64,000 bases of DNA from Octopus sinensis (Eukaryota), in NCBI RefSeq assembly GCF_006345805.1, contig NC_043001.1:51336001-51400000 (forward strand). Direction: 5' to 3'. Below the pieces are notes generated by a model that made no database searches, had not been told where the DNA came from, and was given only the letters and a program-made list of their open reading frames with translations. Position 1 is the stretch's first letter. Each line of letters starts with the position of its first letter. Below are positions 1 to 14,206 of this stretch, in pieces. Made by a program: the position numbers and the translations under genes.

Positions 1-359
1 CTTCTCCACCCTGTTTCGGTTTATGAAATTATGTCATTTTTGAAATTTTAAACCAAAATTATGTCAATTTGAAATTTTAAACCAAAAATAGGAGAGACGG
101 GGAATCAGAAAGGAAAAAAATATCAAATGAATCAAAACAACATCATTTAAAGTAAAAGAATGGTCTGAGAGTTCCAGAAGATTCTATTGAATCTAGAGGT
201 TTCTGCCAAACCATTTAATGGTGTTACTAAATTGAATAAAATAGGTTATCATATTTTCCAAATTTCTCTGACTAAATTTATAGCCAAAAGAGGTAAAGTA
301 TATTCCAAGATAACTTTGGATCAAATATTCTATGTGAAATGCAATAAAATTTGGGAAGA

Positions 360-780
360 TAGGTGCAGGAGTGGCTATGTGGTAAGTAGCTTGCTAACCA
401 ACCACATGGTTCTGGGTTCAGTCCCACTGCATGGCATCTTGGGCAAGTGTCTTCTGCTATAGCCCCGGGCCGACCAATGCCTTGTGAGTGGATTTGGTAG
501 ATAGAAACTGAAAGAAGCCTGTCTTATATATGTATATATATATATATGTATGTATGTGTGTGTTTGTGTGTCTGTGTTTGTCTCCCTAGCATTGCTTGAC
601 AACCAATGCTGGTGTGTTTACGTCCCCGTCACTTAGCGGTTCGGCAAAAGAGACCGATAGACTAAGTACTGGGCTTACAAAGAATAAGTCCTGGGGTCGA
701 TTTGCTTGACTAAAGGTGGTGCTCCAGCATGGCCACAGTCAAATGACTGAAACAAGTAAAAGAGTAAAGAGTAAGAGTAT
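360..780 (+). mobile_element. tRNA-SINE family A (internal TA/TG microsatellite)
   Basis: tggctatgtggtaag...ggttcagtccc head, ccttgtgagtggatttggtag body and aaagagta tail. Similar copies at 1457-1890 (+), 14486-14910 (+), 10690-10835 (-), 31445-31820 (-), 58335-58680 (-) and 62955-63110 (-). Confidence 0.85.
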
Positions 781-1627
781 AGTGACAATGTTTGAATGTT
801 TACACTATGATGCTTACACTACCTGCTTGAATTATGTATTATGTCAACTTGTATGTCTGAAAATATGGTAGATGATGTGTTGTATGAATATGTTGAAGAA
901 ATATGCTTTGGCAGTAAAGATACACAATGTGTTGTTGTTCTCTGTGCGAACAGTAATTTCAACTATTGGTCTTCTTTTATAAAAATTACTAGAATACCAA
1001 ATCCATTATGTTTAATGAAGAAAATATTTGAACCTTTATATACTTTAATTTTGCCTTGCCGTAATTCTGCTGAGATTGTAACCTTTTGTTTTGATTTAAA
1101 TTTACCTTCTCTGATACCACCTACCTCTCCTTTCTCAGAGCCTTTGGCTCACACTGTCTTGCACAGTTTCCATTGATTAATTTACTTCCTTCATCTCTAA
1201 ATAGTCTTAAGTATCTTTCCCATTACCTTTTTTCCCTTTCTTCTTTCCTTCTCTCTCTCTCTCTGTCTATACCTTCCTCTCCTTTGCTCTTTAGCACTTT
1301 TGTTTACCCTCTTTAGTTGATGAACTTATTTCTCCATCTCCGCATAATCTCGATTAAATATCCTACACAATCCTCCCACCTTTCTCTCATATTCACCCAC
1401 CCCACACACAAATGCTCAAATTTGTTAAATGTTTCGTAAAATGTTATACACTACCAGGTGCAGGAGTGGCTGTGTGGTAAGTAGCTTGCTTACCAACCAC
1501 ATGGTTCCAGGTTCATTCCTACTGCATGACACCTTGGGCAAGTGTCGCCTATTATAGCCTCAGGCTGACCAAAGCCTTGTGAGTGGATTTGGTAGACAGA
1601 AACTGAAAGAAGCCCATCGTATATACG

Positions 1628-1682
<55 letters not shown>

Positions 1683-1889
1683 ATGTGTGTGTGTTTATGT
1701 GTTTGTGTTTGTTCCCCCCAACATTGCTTGACAACCAATGCTGGTGTGTTTACATCCCTGTAACTTACCAGTTCAGCAAAAGAGACCGATAGAATAAGTC
1801 CTGGGGTCGATTTGCTCGACTAAAGGTGGTGCTCCAGCATGGCTACAGTCAAATGACTGAAACAAGTAAAAGAGTAAAGAGTAAGAGTA

Positions 1890-4140
1890 CTTTCTTTCAG
1901 CAATTTGAAAGACAGCTGTAAACAATCATGTTGAGTGTTTATAAAATACCACTGAGCGATTATGGTCACAATTCTCAAAACCATCCTGGGAAAGGTGAAC
2001 ATCCTGGTGGACGAGAGCATAGTGTCAGTAAAGGAGGTCATAAGCCACAGGAAGAGTTTTGGGCTAACTGCCAAACCACCAGAGGTGATGGAAGGAGGAG
2101 CTGTACTGGGACTCAAGCTACAGAGAGACAAGGCTGGCATGTTGGCGTTTCGGAGAGGGAATGAGATCCAAGAACTAGGCTCCAAGATGTGTAGGCAAGA
2201 ACTGTTTTCTGTGTGTGGGAAGCTGCTGGGATACAATCTGATTGTAGGATGACTCCGGATGGCATTCAACTTCATCAAGAGGCGAGCTGAAGGAGTGAGT
2301 TGGAGTGATAACATGGGTGAGAAGACAACCGCCAGGATGCAAGAAGTTTTGGACTGACTGACTGAGGACCCAGTAAGAAGAAACTGGTATGTGCTCAAAT
2401 TGAAGAATGGGATCATGTGGTGTGATGCTAGTAGCATAGCAATGGGAGTTGTCCTGGAAATTGGAGGTGTTGTGGTGGAGGATGTGGACTGGCTCAGAAA
2501 GAAGGGTGACTGAAACTGCATCAATGTGGCAGAGCTGGATGCCATGTTGAAGGGGCTGAATCTGGCCCTGAGATGGAGGCTGTGTACCATCAAGATCCGG
2601 ACTAATTTGGCCATTGTACTTAGATGGGTGGGATCAATGGTCACTGGCGAGCAGAGGGTGTGAACCAAAGGGGGTGCAGAGATGTTGATAAAACACCATT
2701 TGGGAATTCTGGGCAAGCTAGCTGCTGAGTTTGACCTGAGGCTGAGTGTGGTTTTTGTGCCCTCTGAGAGGAATAGAGTGGAAGTCCTGACCAGAGTAAA
2801 GAAAGCCTGGTTGCAGGTGCCAGAGGACCTGGATCAAGGAGTGGTTGCAGTGTGTTGACTGAGTGACTCGGAGCTGAGGAGATTGCATACCATGCATCAC
2901 ATGGGGGTGGACAGGAACCTGTTCTTAGCCAGGAAAGTTGATTCTGACGTGACCAGGCAGAGTGTTCAAAGAGTAGTTGGGAGCTGCAACAGGTGCCAGT
3001 CCATTGACCCTGCTCCAGGTGAGGCAGGAAGCATTCCAGTGGAACACAACTGGAAACGACTGGCAGTGGATGTAACACACTACCAGCAGGGGACATACCT
3101 CTCAATGGTCGACTGCAGACCGGGATGGTTGGCCATACGGAAGGAGATGAAGACAGGGAATGCAGAGAAAATCACAAGAATATTAAATGAGATATTCCTA
3201 GAATGAGGCCCTGTGGATGAGCTGCTTGTGGACAATGGCACTGCATTTTGCTCAGAGGTGCTGGGAGAAATGCTTGACAAGTGGCATGTTAGCCATTTCT
3301 TCAGGGTGGTATACAGGTCAAGTGGCAATGGGGTTGTGGAGAGGCATCATCACACCATCAAGACCATAGCAGAGAGGGGCCATATCTCACTGGTCGAGGC
3401 CATTTTTTGGTATAATATGTTGCCCAGGATGGGACAGGCTGAGCAGTCAGTGCCACACAGGGCAATATTCAAGTACAAGTGGAGACATCCATGTGCTGCA
3501 TTGTTGCAACCCACAGAAGAGAAAGAGCATACCTTTGTGCAGGTCAGGGAAGAAGTTTAGTTTAAATCCCTGAATGCGCGGTGCACATCACAATGGGGAA
3601 AAGGGACAAAAACATCTGTAAATTCAAGGAACAATGTGTCCATAGATGGCATGCCATGTCATGTTTTGGATGTGTGCAGGATCATCACTGCAATGGAGGA
3701 TGGAGCCAACAGTAATGGACAAGAGGACAAAGCTGGCAGCAACATGCCAGGAACTAAGGCCAGTCCTGAAGTCCCACGGCGGTCACAGAGGGGGTGGTGC
3801 TCTCCTCACTGGTTGGCTGATTATGAGATGAGTTAAGGCATTTTGTCTGAGTTGAGGTGAGAGAGTGTGGGCAGGTTGGCTGAATGATCTTCAGATTGGA
3901 GGGTGGGAGGCATGTGGTGTTATGAACCAGGTTGTGTTGTAGGGAAGGACCAGAAGTGAGTGAGTACACATGTCCTGTCAGAAGTGGCAGTGGACTTAAC
4001 GCACCATGGTGGGCATGTGGGGTCAGCAGGGCATGAGTAGTCTGTTGGTGGTGGACAGCACATGAAAGCAGACGTGTTATACGGTATGGCAGCAGCCAGA
4101 GCATGTGGACATTGTGAGCAACCCTTTCCTGATCGACAAG
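1890..4140 (+). mobile_element. Degenerate Gypsy-type LTR retrotransposon (RNase H and integrase remnant, possible 3' LTR)
   Basis: WCDASSIAMG/AELDA RNase H motifs; HHCC (H..HHMG...CNRCQ), LAVDVTH, LVDNGTAF and GNGVVERHHHTIK integrase motifs. Multiple stops and frameshifts. Confidence 0.88.
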
Positions 4141-4419
4141 TAAGACTACCGCAATTCTATCTTAGCTTCCATCTTTTTCCTCCTTCACATCACAGTGATT
4201 TAATCACAGGCCTTACTTTCACAGAGTGGCAAAATATATGTCTATTTATCATGATAAATGATTTACAGTAGGTGTTTCATTCCTATAAGTACAAGAATTT
4301 GAGAGGCCTACACAATGCCAAGGACACCAAGCTGGGCTACTTACAGAGCTGTATAGAGTGGTTAGATACATCAGTTCACACCTATCACATAGACTATCTC
4401 TTCCTAAATTTCATCACCT

Positions 4420-5450
4420 GATCCAACAATTTGATACCTCTGTAATTATTTCTATCTAAGGCATCACCTTTACCTTTGTAGCAGTTGACTATCGTGCTAC
4501 TACACCAGTCATTGGGTATGACTCCTTTGCGAACCACCAATACTGGTGACTAGACCATAACCCACACTGCCAGATATTTTAAGCATCTCAGCAGTGATTC
4601 CTGATGGGCTGGGGCTTTTCCTATCTTCATTTCCTTAATTAGTTTATCTACCGAAGTACTGTCGATTCAGGTAGCTGGTCCCTCAATTAGTTAAACATTT
4701 GGCAGACTCTCCTCCTCCCAATCATTCTCCATGTTCAGCAGTCTTTCATAATGGCTTTTCCAAGCCTCTTTCTTTGCAAAATCATTAATGCAAGTGCACC
4801 ATCATCCATGCAGACACATTTTTCTCTTTTGACATCATAATTTTCTCTGGCACACTGTCTTGCAGTCTTCAATTCTTTGGTCTTCAAATTTCTGAATATA
4901 GGCAAACTTCTTTTTAGCTTCCCTCTTAGCTACATATACCTGTCTCCTAGCTTTCCTTCTGGCTATCTGATACAGTTCCTGCAACCCCCACTCTTCCAGG
5001 CCTGTTTCTTTGCATTAATGGCACTGTCTACAGCATTGTTCCACCACCACCTTACCCTAGGTCTGGATGGGACTTTGCACCAGCCACAGATTTCGTCTGT
5101 GGTACTCAGCAAGCTGTCCAGCAAGAATTCCCAGTTGCCCTCTATCTCACAAGTCTGTAGCTCCTCCTTCCTCTCATCAAATTTCTCAATTAGAATGTCC
5201 CTAAATCTCTGACCATATGAAGGGTCCTTAAGCTTCCAAATCCTTATTTTCCAGATTGGTCTGCTTCTCAGCATCCTTCTGGCCTGAAGTCTAAAGTCAC
5301 TAATGACTAGTCTATGCTGGTGGGATACATTCTTCACCAGTGAGGGTCTTTGTATTTAAGATCAACCATGCATCTCGCTGTTTGGTGAGAATATAATTGA
5401 TCTGGCTAGCACAGTCACCTGATTGATAGGTTATCAGATAGCTGACTGGC
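4420..5450 (-). mobile_element. RTE LINE fragment
   Basis: QHRLVISDF..., WCKVPSRPRVRWWWNNAVD; same family as the 20620-25856 element. Confidence 0.88.
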
Positions 5451-6379
5451 TTCCTGCAGTTGGTGTTGTGGTCAAGTCACCCTCATCCTGTTGCTGAATT
5501 ATATAGACCCTTTTGTCCATGTGGAGACGTTAATTTTTACACAGCTTGTTTATTATCCACATATAACATCATGTCCAGCTTCGTGAACCTCCACTTTGCC
5601 TTAATTATACATCATTCATCTATTTTGTGTTTCTACCTCATAAAATATTAACCTGTCTGTAATTTAATTCAAGCTAACATTTGTAATCATAATGCCTGAT
5701 GCTCCCTGCTCGCTTTAATTTTTACAATCTTTCCTCCCTGATTTCTATGTACCCCATATATACCCCTATTTTAGAAAGGTGCAGTTTTACTGTCTTTCTT
5801 TATTCACGATGCACCCATCCAATCCCTCCCCCAACACCTATATCTTTTATACTGGAAATCTCTTCTCTTACACCAGAAATCTCTCTGTACTGCAAGGCCC
5901 TCACAACGCCACCCCCACCCCCACTGGTATTGAAAGTCTCTCCTCTGTACCAGAAGACTCTCTTAGTTCCCCATTACCAGTGGTCTCATCCACATTACTG
6001 CATGCACCAAAAAGAGACTGCATTACTTATTTAATCAATTAACAAACCACTTATTCTTTTCTCTCTATTTATAATGAATTAACTAGTTAATTGTTTATTT
6101 ATCTTAAACATTGACCCATTTGTTCGTATCAATAGCACTTATATCAACAATGCTTGAATTACACTCACTTCCAATAGGGGCAGCCATTTTAATATGGTTG
6201 AATGATGGTGGATTAAAGTGAGATAACTGATATAACATATCTGTTATCAAATGTTTATTGAAACCCTCCTTTCAGATGCTGAATGCCATCCCCACTTCTC
6301 ATGATTCCTCCCACATCCCTTTCCAATTTCTCAAAGTTGGCACTGTCAATGTAGGTCTGGTGAGATTGAGTGATGGTGT

Positions 6380-6790
6380 CATCCACTAGAGCTTCATGAG
6401 ACCTGGTAAGTCAATTACAGCAGATGTGTACATCAACCAACTGGATGAAATAATGAGTGAACTTGCAATTAAACAACTGAGATTGGTCAACAGAGACAAT
6501 GCTCAACCACATGTTGCACAAAAAACACACTCAAGTTACAAGACCTGAATTTGGAAATAGTCTGTCATTCACCATATTCATCAGACCTTGCACCAACTGG
6601 CTATCATGTTTTCCAGGTATTAGACAACATTTTGCAAGGTAAAAACTAAAAATCTGAAGAAGATGCAAAAACAGCCTTTCATGATTTCAACACCTTTTGC
6701 TCTCCAGAGTTCTTCACTGCCAGCATAAATAAGCTACCGATAGAATGGCAAAATTGTGTTGATAATTTAGGTGCATGCTTTGATTAACTG
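6380..6790 (+). mobile_element. Mariner transposase 3' remnant
   Basis: Translates in pieces to RDNAQPHVA and HSPYSSDLAPTGYH, which resemble DNA..H and YSPDLAPxDY. Confidence 0.75.
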
Positions 6791-6859
6791 CATTGCTTTT
6801 TGTTGAGATAAAATAAAATAAATTTTTAGTTCAAAATTGAACATTTCATTCTTAATGAC

Positions 6860-8143
<1,284 letters not shown>

Positions 8144-8145
<2 letters not shown>

Positions 8146-9650
8146 AATGAGATAGGGGTTGAAAATTCAACCCACCATGGGATAATATATATCCAATATA
8201 CTGCTAGATAGGTACCCAACAAAATTAATACATAGATGTTAAAAATTGTCAAACAATCAGTTCATCTTTTGCATTATATGGGTAAAGGTAATAATATTAC
8301 CGTAAATTAATACTACAAAATTAGAGAATGGAGAAATATACTTAAATCAGTAAAACATCAACTATCCGATGATACTCAATCCATACTTTAATACACCATT
8401 ACATATGAGTAAAGGCAATACATAAAATGAAATGAGATATACAGTAATAGTAACAAGATAAAGAGATATAAGTAAAAATTTTAAGTTACCCATGAAATAA
8501 GTATCTGACTTAGTAACATACTGATATTTAAAAATATATTTATATCTAAATTAAATATTTTATGGAATGCATGGATGGTTCTTCTTTTATTATTGAGGCA
8601 CAATTATAATTTGAAGGACTAAATTGTAGCATAGTTGCTTCCCTTTTTGTTTATCTATGTGCTAGTTGTTACTTGTAATTATGTATGTGTATAAGTGTAT
8701 GCATATACATATTACTACGTGTGTATGTGCGATTGATCTGTAGATGCGTGTGTGAATATTGGCGTTCCCTGACTAACCAACCGTATAATTTTCTTTTGTG
8801 ATTTAAATTTCAAACCAATAGCCAATCGAATTAATCTATATTTTCTTTACCTAGTGGTCAGCATTTCTTAACTCATAGTTATTTCGATCTTGTAAGGATG
8901 GACTTGGTGCTAACTTAACTGTATCTATTTTTTATTATATTTTTTTTTATTATTTATTATTATTATATTATTATTATTATTATTATATTATTATTATTAT
9001 TATTAATAGTAATTTTTATTAACTTTTATAGCTTTAGAATCTTATGAACTGTACCACGGATTTAATTATTATTTTTCATCTCCATATATGTTAGCCTTTT
9101 TTTTATATATATATAAAAAAAACTATTAGCCAAATATGTATAATATCGGTACTTATTGATATTAATATATACACTATTATATATTTTGTTTTATTTTGTT
9201 CTGTTTACCTTCCTTTTTGTACAAATGTGTATTATATTATATAAGTGTAGCTTTATGATGTATAAGTTTTATATTTTACATTTTTATATTTTTATATATA
9301 TGTATATGATTGTATAATATTTTTCACTATATAACAATTTAATTTAATTCTCTGAAGAGGCCGTGGGGCATCCTTGTTAATGCCTCATTTATACCTGCCT
9401 TTATGGCTTATAGGTTAAATGAGGTATGACTGTCCTCACTGCCGAAACAGCTGTCAGTTTTGATTTATTTGCATATTATATTTGAAAATTTTTTACTTAT
9501 ATCTCTTTATCTTGTTACTATTACTGTATATCTCATTTCATTTTATGTATTGCCTTTACTCATATGTAATGGTGTATTAAAGTATGGATTGAGTATCATC
9601 GGATAGTTGATGTTTTACTGATTTAAGTATATTTCTCCATTCTCTAATTT

Positions 9651-9654
<4 letters not shown>
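8144..9654 (+). mobile_element. Fold-back, HHR-bearing non-autonomous element 1 (Penelope-like, inferred)
   Basis: Inverted arms 8314-8482 and 9485-9654 differ by about one indel in ~170 bp. HHR at 9344-9463. Both ends lie in (TA)n. No ORF. Confidence 0.6.
9344..9463 (+). ncRNA. Minimal type I hammerhead with a long stem II and palindromic stem III
   Basis: CTGAAGA at 9352-9358; stem II GGC...GCC enclosing an ~80-nt multi-helix hairpin; GAAA at 9444-9447; palindrome ACAGCTGT; GUC at 9453-9455; short stem I (CT/AG plus flanking pairs). Confidence 0.7.
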
Positions 9655-9694
<40 letters not shown>

Positions 9695-9793
9695 TATATA
9701 TAAATATATTTATATAAATATTATATATATATATTATATAAATATGTATATATATATATATATAATATATATATTATATATATATATATATAA

Positions 9794-9825
<32 letters not shown>

Positions 9826-10475
9826 CAACAATTGAGGGTAAAATTAATTAAATAATCAATTTCACCAAGTGTTCAGTATGTAAAAGGACCATTTAAGGCG
9901 AATTCAAAATATTACATTATATAATTAGGGCTTAGTAAAATAAATTACTTTGCCACATACTGAACTTAGTAGAAATAGCAGCCAAAAAAAAAAAAAATTT
10001 TTTCTTAGCATTTCTACTACTTAAAGAAAATTTCTCTCAGATAATGTTTACTCTAGACAGCTCACGAAGGTTTGGGGGTAAATACAGAAAAATATCACAA
10101 GTACATAGATCGTTTGAATTTGTTGACACTGTTTAGTTGGAGTGGTTCATCTGAAGCGACAAGTTCGCTGATAGGTAAAGTTCCTTCTTTTTAGTGTTTC
10201 CAAATCCAAATTAAGAAATTTTGAGCTGACGAAAGAAATGCTGATTTATTTGGCTAATCTTGAAACGTTGACGTACTCAAACGATCTATGTACTTGTGAT
10301 ATTTTTCTGTATTTACCCCCAAACCTTCGTGAGCTGTCTAGAGTAAACATTATCTGAGAGAAATTTTCTTTAAGTAGTAGAAATGCTAAGAAAATGTTTT
10401 GGCTGCTATTTCTACTAAGTTCAGTATGTGGCAAAGTAATTTATTTTACTAAGCCCTAATTATATAATGTAATAT
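9826..10475 (+). mobile_element. Fold-back, HHR-bearing non-autonomous element 2 (Penelope-like, inferred)
   Basis: Inverted arms 9909-10117 and 10277-10475 are near-identical except for a poly(A) expansion. HHR at 10220-10281. Flanked by (TA)n. Confidence 0.62.
10220..10281 (+). ncRNA. Type I hammerhead ribozyme with a complete core
   Basis: Stem I TTTGAG/CTCAAA (6 bp); CTGACGA at 10226-10232; stem II AAGA...TCTT; GAAA at 10262-10265; stem III ACG-TTGA-CGT; GUA triplet with predicted cut after 10275. Confidence 0.85.
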
Positions 10476-10480
10476 ACATA

Positions 10481-10556
<76 letters not shown>

Positions 10557-10584
10557 TGTATATATATATAAATATGTATATATA

Positions 10585-10627
<43 letters not shown>

Positions 10628-10654
10628 TATATATATATATATATATTATATATA

Positions 10655-10687
<33 letters not shown>

Positions 10688-10845
10688 AATACATATGATA
10701 GCTTCTTTCAGTTTCTATCTACCAAGACCACTCATGAGGTTTTGGTTAGCCAAGGCTATAGAAGAAGACAAGGTGGTATGCAATGGGATTGAACCCAGAA
10801 CCATGTGGCTAGGAAGTAAGCTTTGATGGCACCTATATATGTGTA

Positions 10846-13800
10846 TCTCTTATTATAAAAGGCAGATTTTATCTGCCTCCCAAACCGTTTGTTTTTTATA
10901 CAAATCTACAATATGGAATTTCTTCAATTAGAATTTACCTATCATTTTTACGAGTAGAATCCATCGGGTCGTGGCAGGTACAGTTTTTCCAATTTCACCC
11001 CCATTTAAGCAAAAATTCGAGAAAACTCAATATTTTTAGATTTCCCTCTTTCATTTTAACTGCTTCACTCATACCATTACCACCACACTTTCTGCTACTT
11101 TCTCTTTGCAAGTGTGCAACAATTAAAGTGAAACTTTTTATATAACAGGGATGAACTGCTTCACTCATGCTATCACCCTAATTTCTCCTACTTTCTCTTT
11201 GCAAGTGTACCTTAAACCACTACTCAAAAAAAAAACAGCAAACAAAAACAAATAAATACATCACACAATTTCTTCAATTAGAGTTTACCTATGATTTTTC
11301 CAAGTACTTCCATTCGGTCATGCCATACAAAATTTCTTTCAATTTGACCCCCATTTAAGAAAAAATTCGACAAAACTCAATATTTTACCATTTCACTCTT
11401 TCACTTCAAAGCCTTTACTCTGCCTATTACTCCCACTTCCTCTTTACACACATACACAAGCAAATATATACGACAGTGTCAATTGTTGAAAGAAATTGTA
11501 AGCTAACGTGTGTGTGTGTGTGTGTGTGTGTGTGAGTGTGTGTGTGTCTGTGTGTGTGTGTGTGACAGGGATGAGCCATTCAGACTGGTTATCCCTTTTT
11601 GCTAGAAGAAGATCCCCTATGGTCTTATATGCTACACCACTGGTTTTCAGTTCAAGAAGGACTATTCATTATAATACATCAGTTCCACACATTTACCCTG
11701 GTTCCATTTCAGACAACTGCACAAACATTTGCCATTTGACACATGTATGTAAACAAATTCCTTTCTTAAAAATTTCAATTCATTTTCTTTTTCAATTTAC
11801 GTTTCTATACACTTTACGCAAATATTTGATTAAACAACTAAAACACTTCACATTTCGAACATGTACGTAAACTATTTCCATTCTTGCAAATCTAACTTTA
11901 TTTTCTTGCTTTTAACTCAAATTTCAATACATTTTACACACTCTGTCGCTATACTTGCATAAAAAATTTCTTTCAGCTGCAAATATTTCTTTCTTTTCCT
12001 TCCACGGTTTACATTTTTCCACATTTCATTCACATTACAATTTCTATCTTTAAGTAACTTTCACACTTTCTTTTTCACATAAAATGCCACCGAAAAAGAG
12101 AAGTCGCCTCGGCCGCCATACTGCAGCAGCAGCGGCGCAAAAGGCGATTATCACAAACGAGTCCTCCGACAAAAACGCTTTCAGACTTTCACAGAGTGCC
12201 TTACGTTCAGTGCAATCATGAGCTGCTGAAAATTTACAACAGCGCAACGCATGCCTAGCAAAAATGGCTTCATACGATGCTGCTTCTATGGCTTCAGACG
12301 GTCCGGAAACAAGGTCGAAGCGTAGCGCCATAAAGGCTTCTGCTGTTGCTGCACAAGGGGCTTCAGAGGACCCACAACAAAGGGCCACTCAAATGGCTAC
12401 AAACGCTGCGGCTACTGCTGTTTCAACATTTTCGACACATTCCCACGACTCAGACCAGCAACGTTCTACATTCCAGCAGAACAGTCGACGCCACGGTCTG
12501 ACGAGTCCAAACAGCCCTTACTGGCATCTACGGGCTTTCAAGTATGAGCCCAACTTCAATTACTCGATGCACGCTGACATAAATATTGGGGAAATGTGCG
12601 TCAATTGCCAATTCTGCAATGCTAAAAAGTGGGCTGGGGAACCACCTGCGATGTGCTGCTTAAACGGTAAGGTCAGCTTGCCCCCTATTCGGGAGCTGCC
12701 AGACCCTTTGAAGGAATTACTTACTGGTTCCACCTCAAGGTCATCAAAATTCCTTCAACTCATCACGAAGTACAATTGTGCATTTCAGATGACTTCTTTC
12801 GGGGCTAACGTTGTCAGAGAAACTGGTTGGATGCCTACTTTCAAGGTCCAGGGCCAGGTGTACCACCTTATTGGGTCACTACAGCCACTACAAAATTGCA
12901 AACCTTCGTTCCTTCAAATTTATTTCATTACAAATTACAATAGGCAACTTGATTTGCGTTTCAACGTAATTCCACAACCTGCAAACACTGATGCTGACAA
13001 TTTCGACAGGGACGTGCTGCTCACTCTGCAAAACATGCTTCATGACCACAACAGCTATATTCGCAGTTTCAAATATGCCTTGGAAACAGCCCCTTCACCA
13101 ACATTCACCATGGGGAGCACGCGTGCCGATATAACGCTCCTTCGTGCAATGAAGTGGCCATAGTTCTCCATGGTGAACAGCACAAGCAGCGAGACATAGT
13201 TCTTCAAAGCTGCGACAGTGGTCTTCAGCGTATTAATGAGACGTATCCCCTTCTTTTTCCGTATGGAGAAGACGGGTACCATTTCGGCATTCCTCACCAC
13301 AAACCAAACGAGCTCTCGGCTGCGACATCTAAAACCGTTTCATGTATGGCATTTTACTCATACCGCTTCATGACAAGGCATAATGATTTCAACCCCCTGC
13401 ACAGATCACGGGAACTGTTTCACCAGTTTGCAGTTGACATGGCTGCAAAGATGGAGTCCGAGAGACTGTGCTTTATCAAATTGAATCAGAAGCAGCTGCG
13501 CTCAGACTCCTACATCCATTTGCGTGATGGCATCAGGAATGACACTGACGGCCGCAATATCGGCAAAATGTGCATTCTCCCCTCAACCTATACAGGGGCC
13601 CACGGTACATGCACGAGCGAACACAAGACGCTATGACTTACGTTCGGCATTATGGGCGACCCGATTTATTCATTACCTTTACATGTAACCCAAAGTGGGT
13701 TGAGGTAACGCGAGAACTTCTCCCAGGGCAGCAGTACTGTCATCGCCATGATATTATTGCAAGGGTTTTCAGGCAGAAACTGGCTAAGCTCATTCATTTA

Positions 13801-14206
13801 ATTAAAAAAGGGCAGGTTTTTGGGCCTGTCTCTTGCCTACATAGGAAATCCACTCTCTTTTAACACAGCATGAAGTTTTGTAACAGCACATCCGCTGCCG
13901 TTCGTGCAAAAAGAAAAGAGACCCTATTCACCTGTGAACGTTTTACATCGCCTTCCACGAATATCAAATTCTTACAATTATGAGAACAATAACATGGCTC
14001 TTTTCAAGGCAACCTCGCATTCAATTCTTACACCATTCTACGAGGGGGTAGGAACCCCTTTACACGGCTTTCTATACACTTACAAATACATTCATTCGCC
14101 GTAAACTTATATCAATATTTGCCTGAATAATCATCATAATTCAGTGCAATCATTAACAGTACTTTCAAGCAATTCAGCCCCGAGCAACGCCGGGCAATTC
14201 TGCTAG
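10846..14206 (+). mobile_element. Helitron, internally deleted, with both termini
   Basis: 5' A|TC at 10846; 3' hairpin CCCG-AGCAACGC-CGGG (14179-14194) then CTAG|T (14203-14206). RepHel remnant from ATG 12084 includes CQFCNAKKW...CCLNGKV, FQMTSFG, FKVQGQVYH and GRPDLFITFTCNPKW. It ends near 13830 before Rep motif 2, with no helicase. Confidence 0.92.

Noticed and set aside
6168-6230. Possible next CFAP44 exon (gtgagt donor; LSHFNPPSFNHIKMAAPIG)
   Set aside because: No recognisable similarity to the expected coiled-coil region; a chance splice-like motif cannot be excluded.
12050-12388. Minus-strand Ala-rich ORF, and antisense ORFs over the RTE, Gypsy and mariner elements
   Set aside because: Shadow frames of the TE coding strand.
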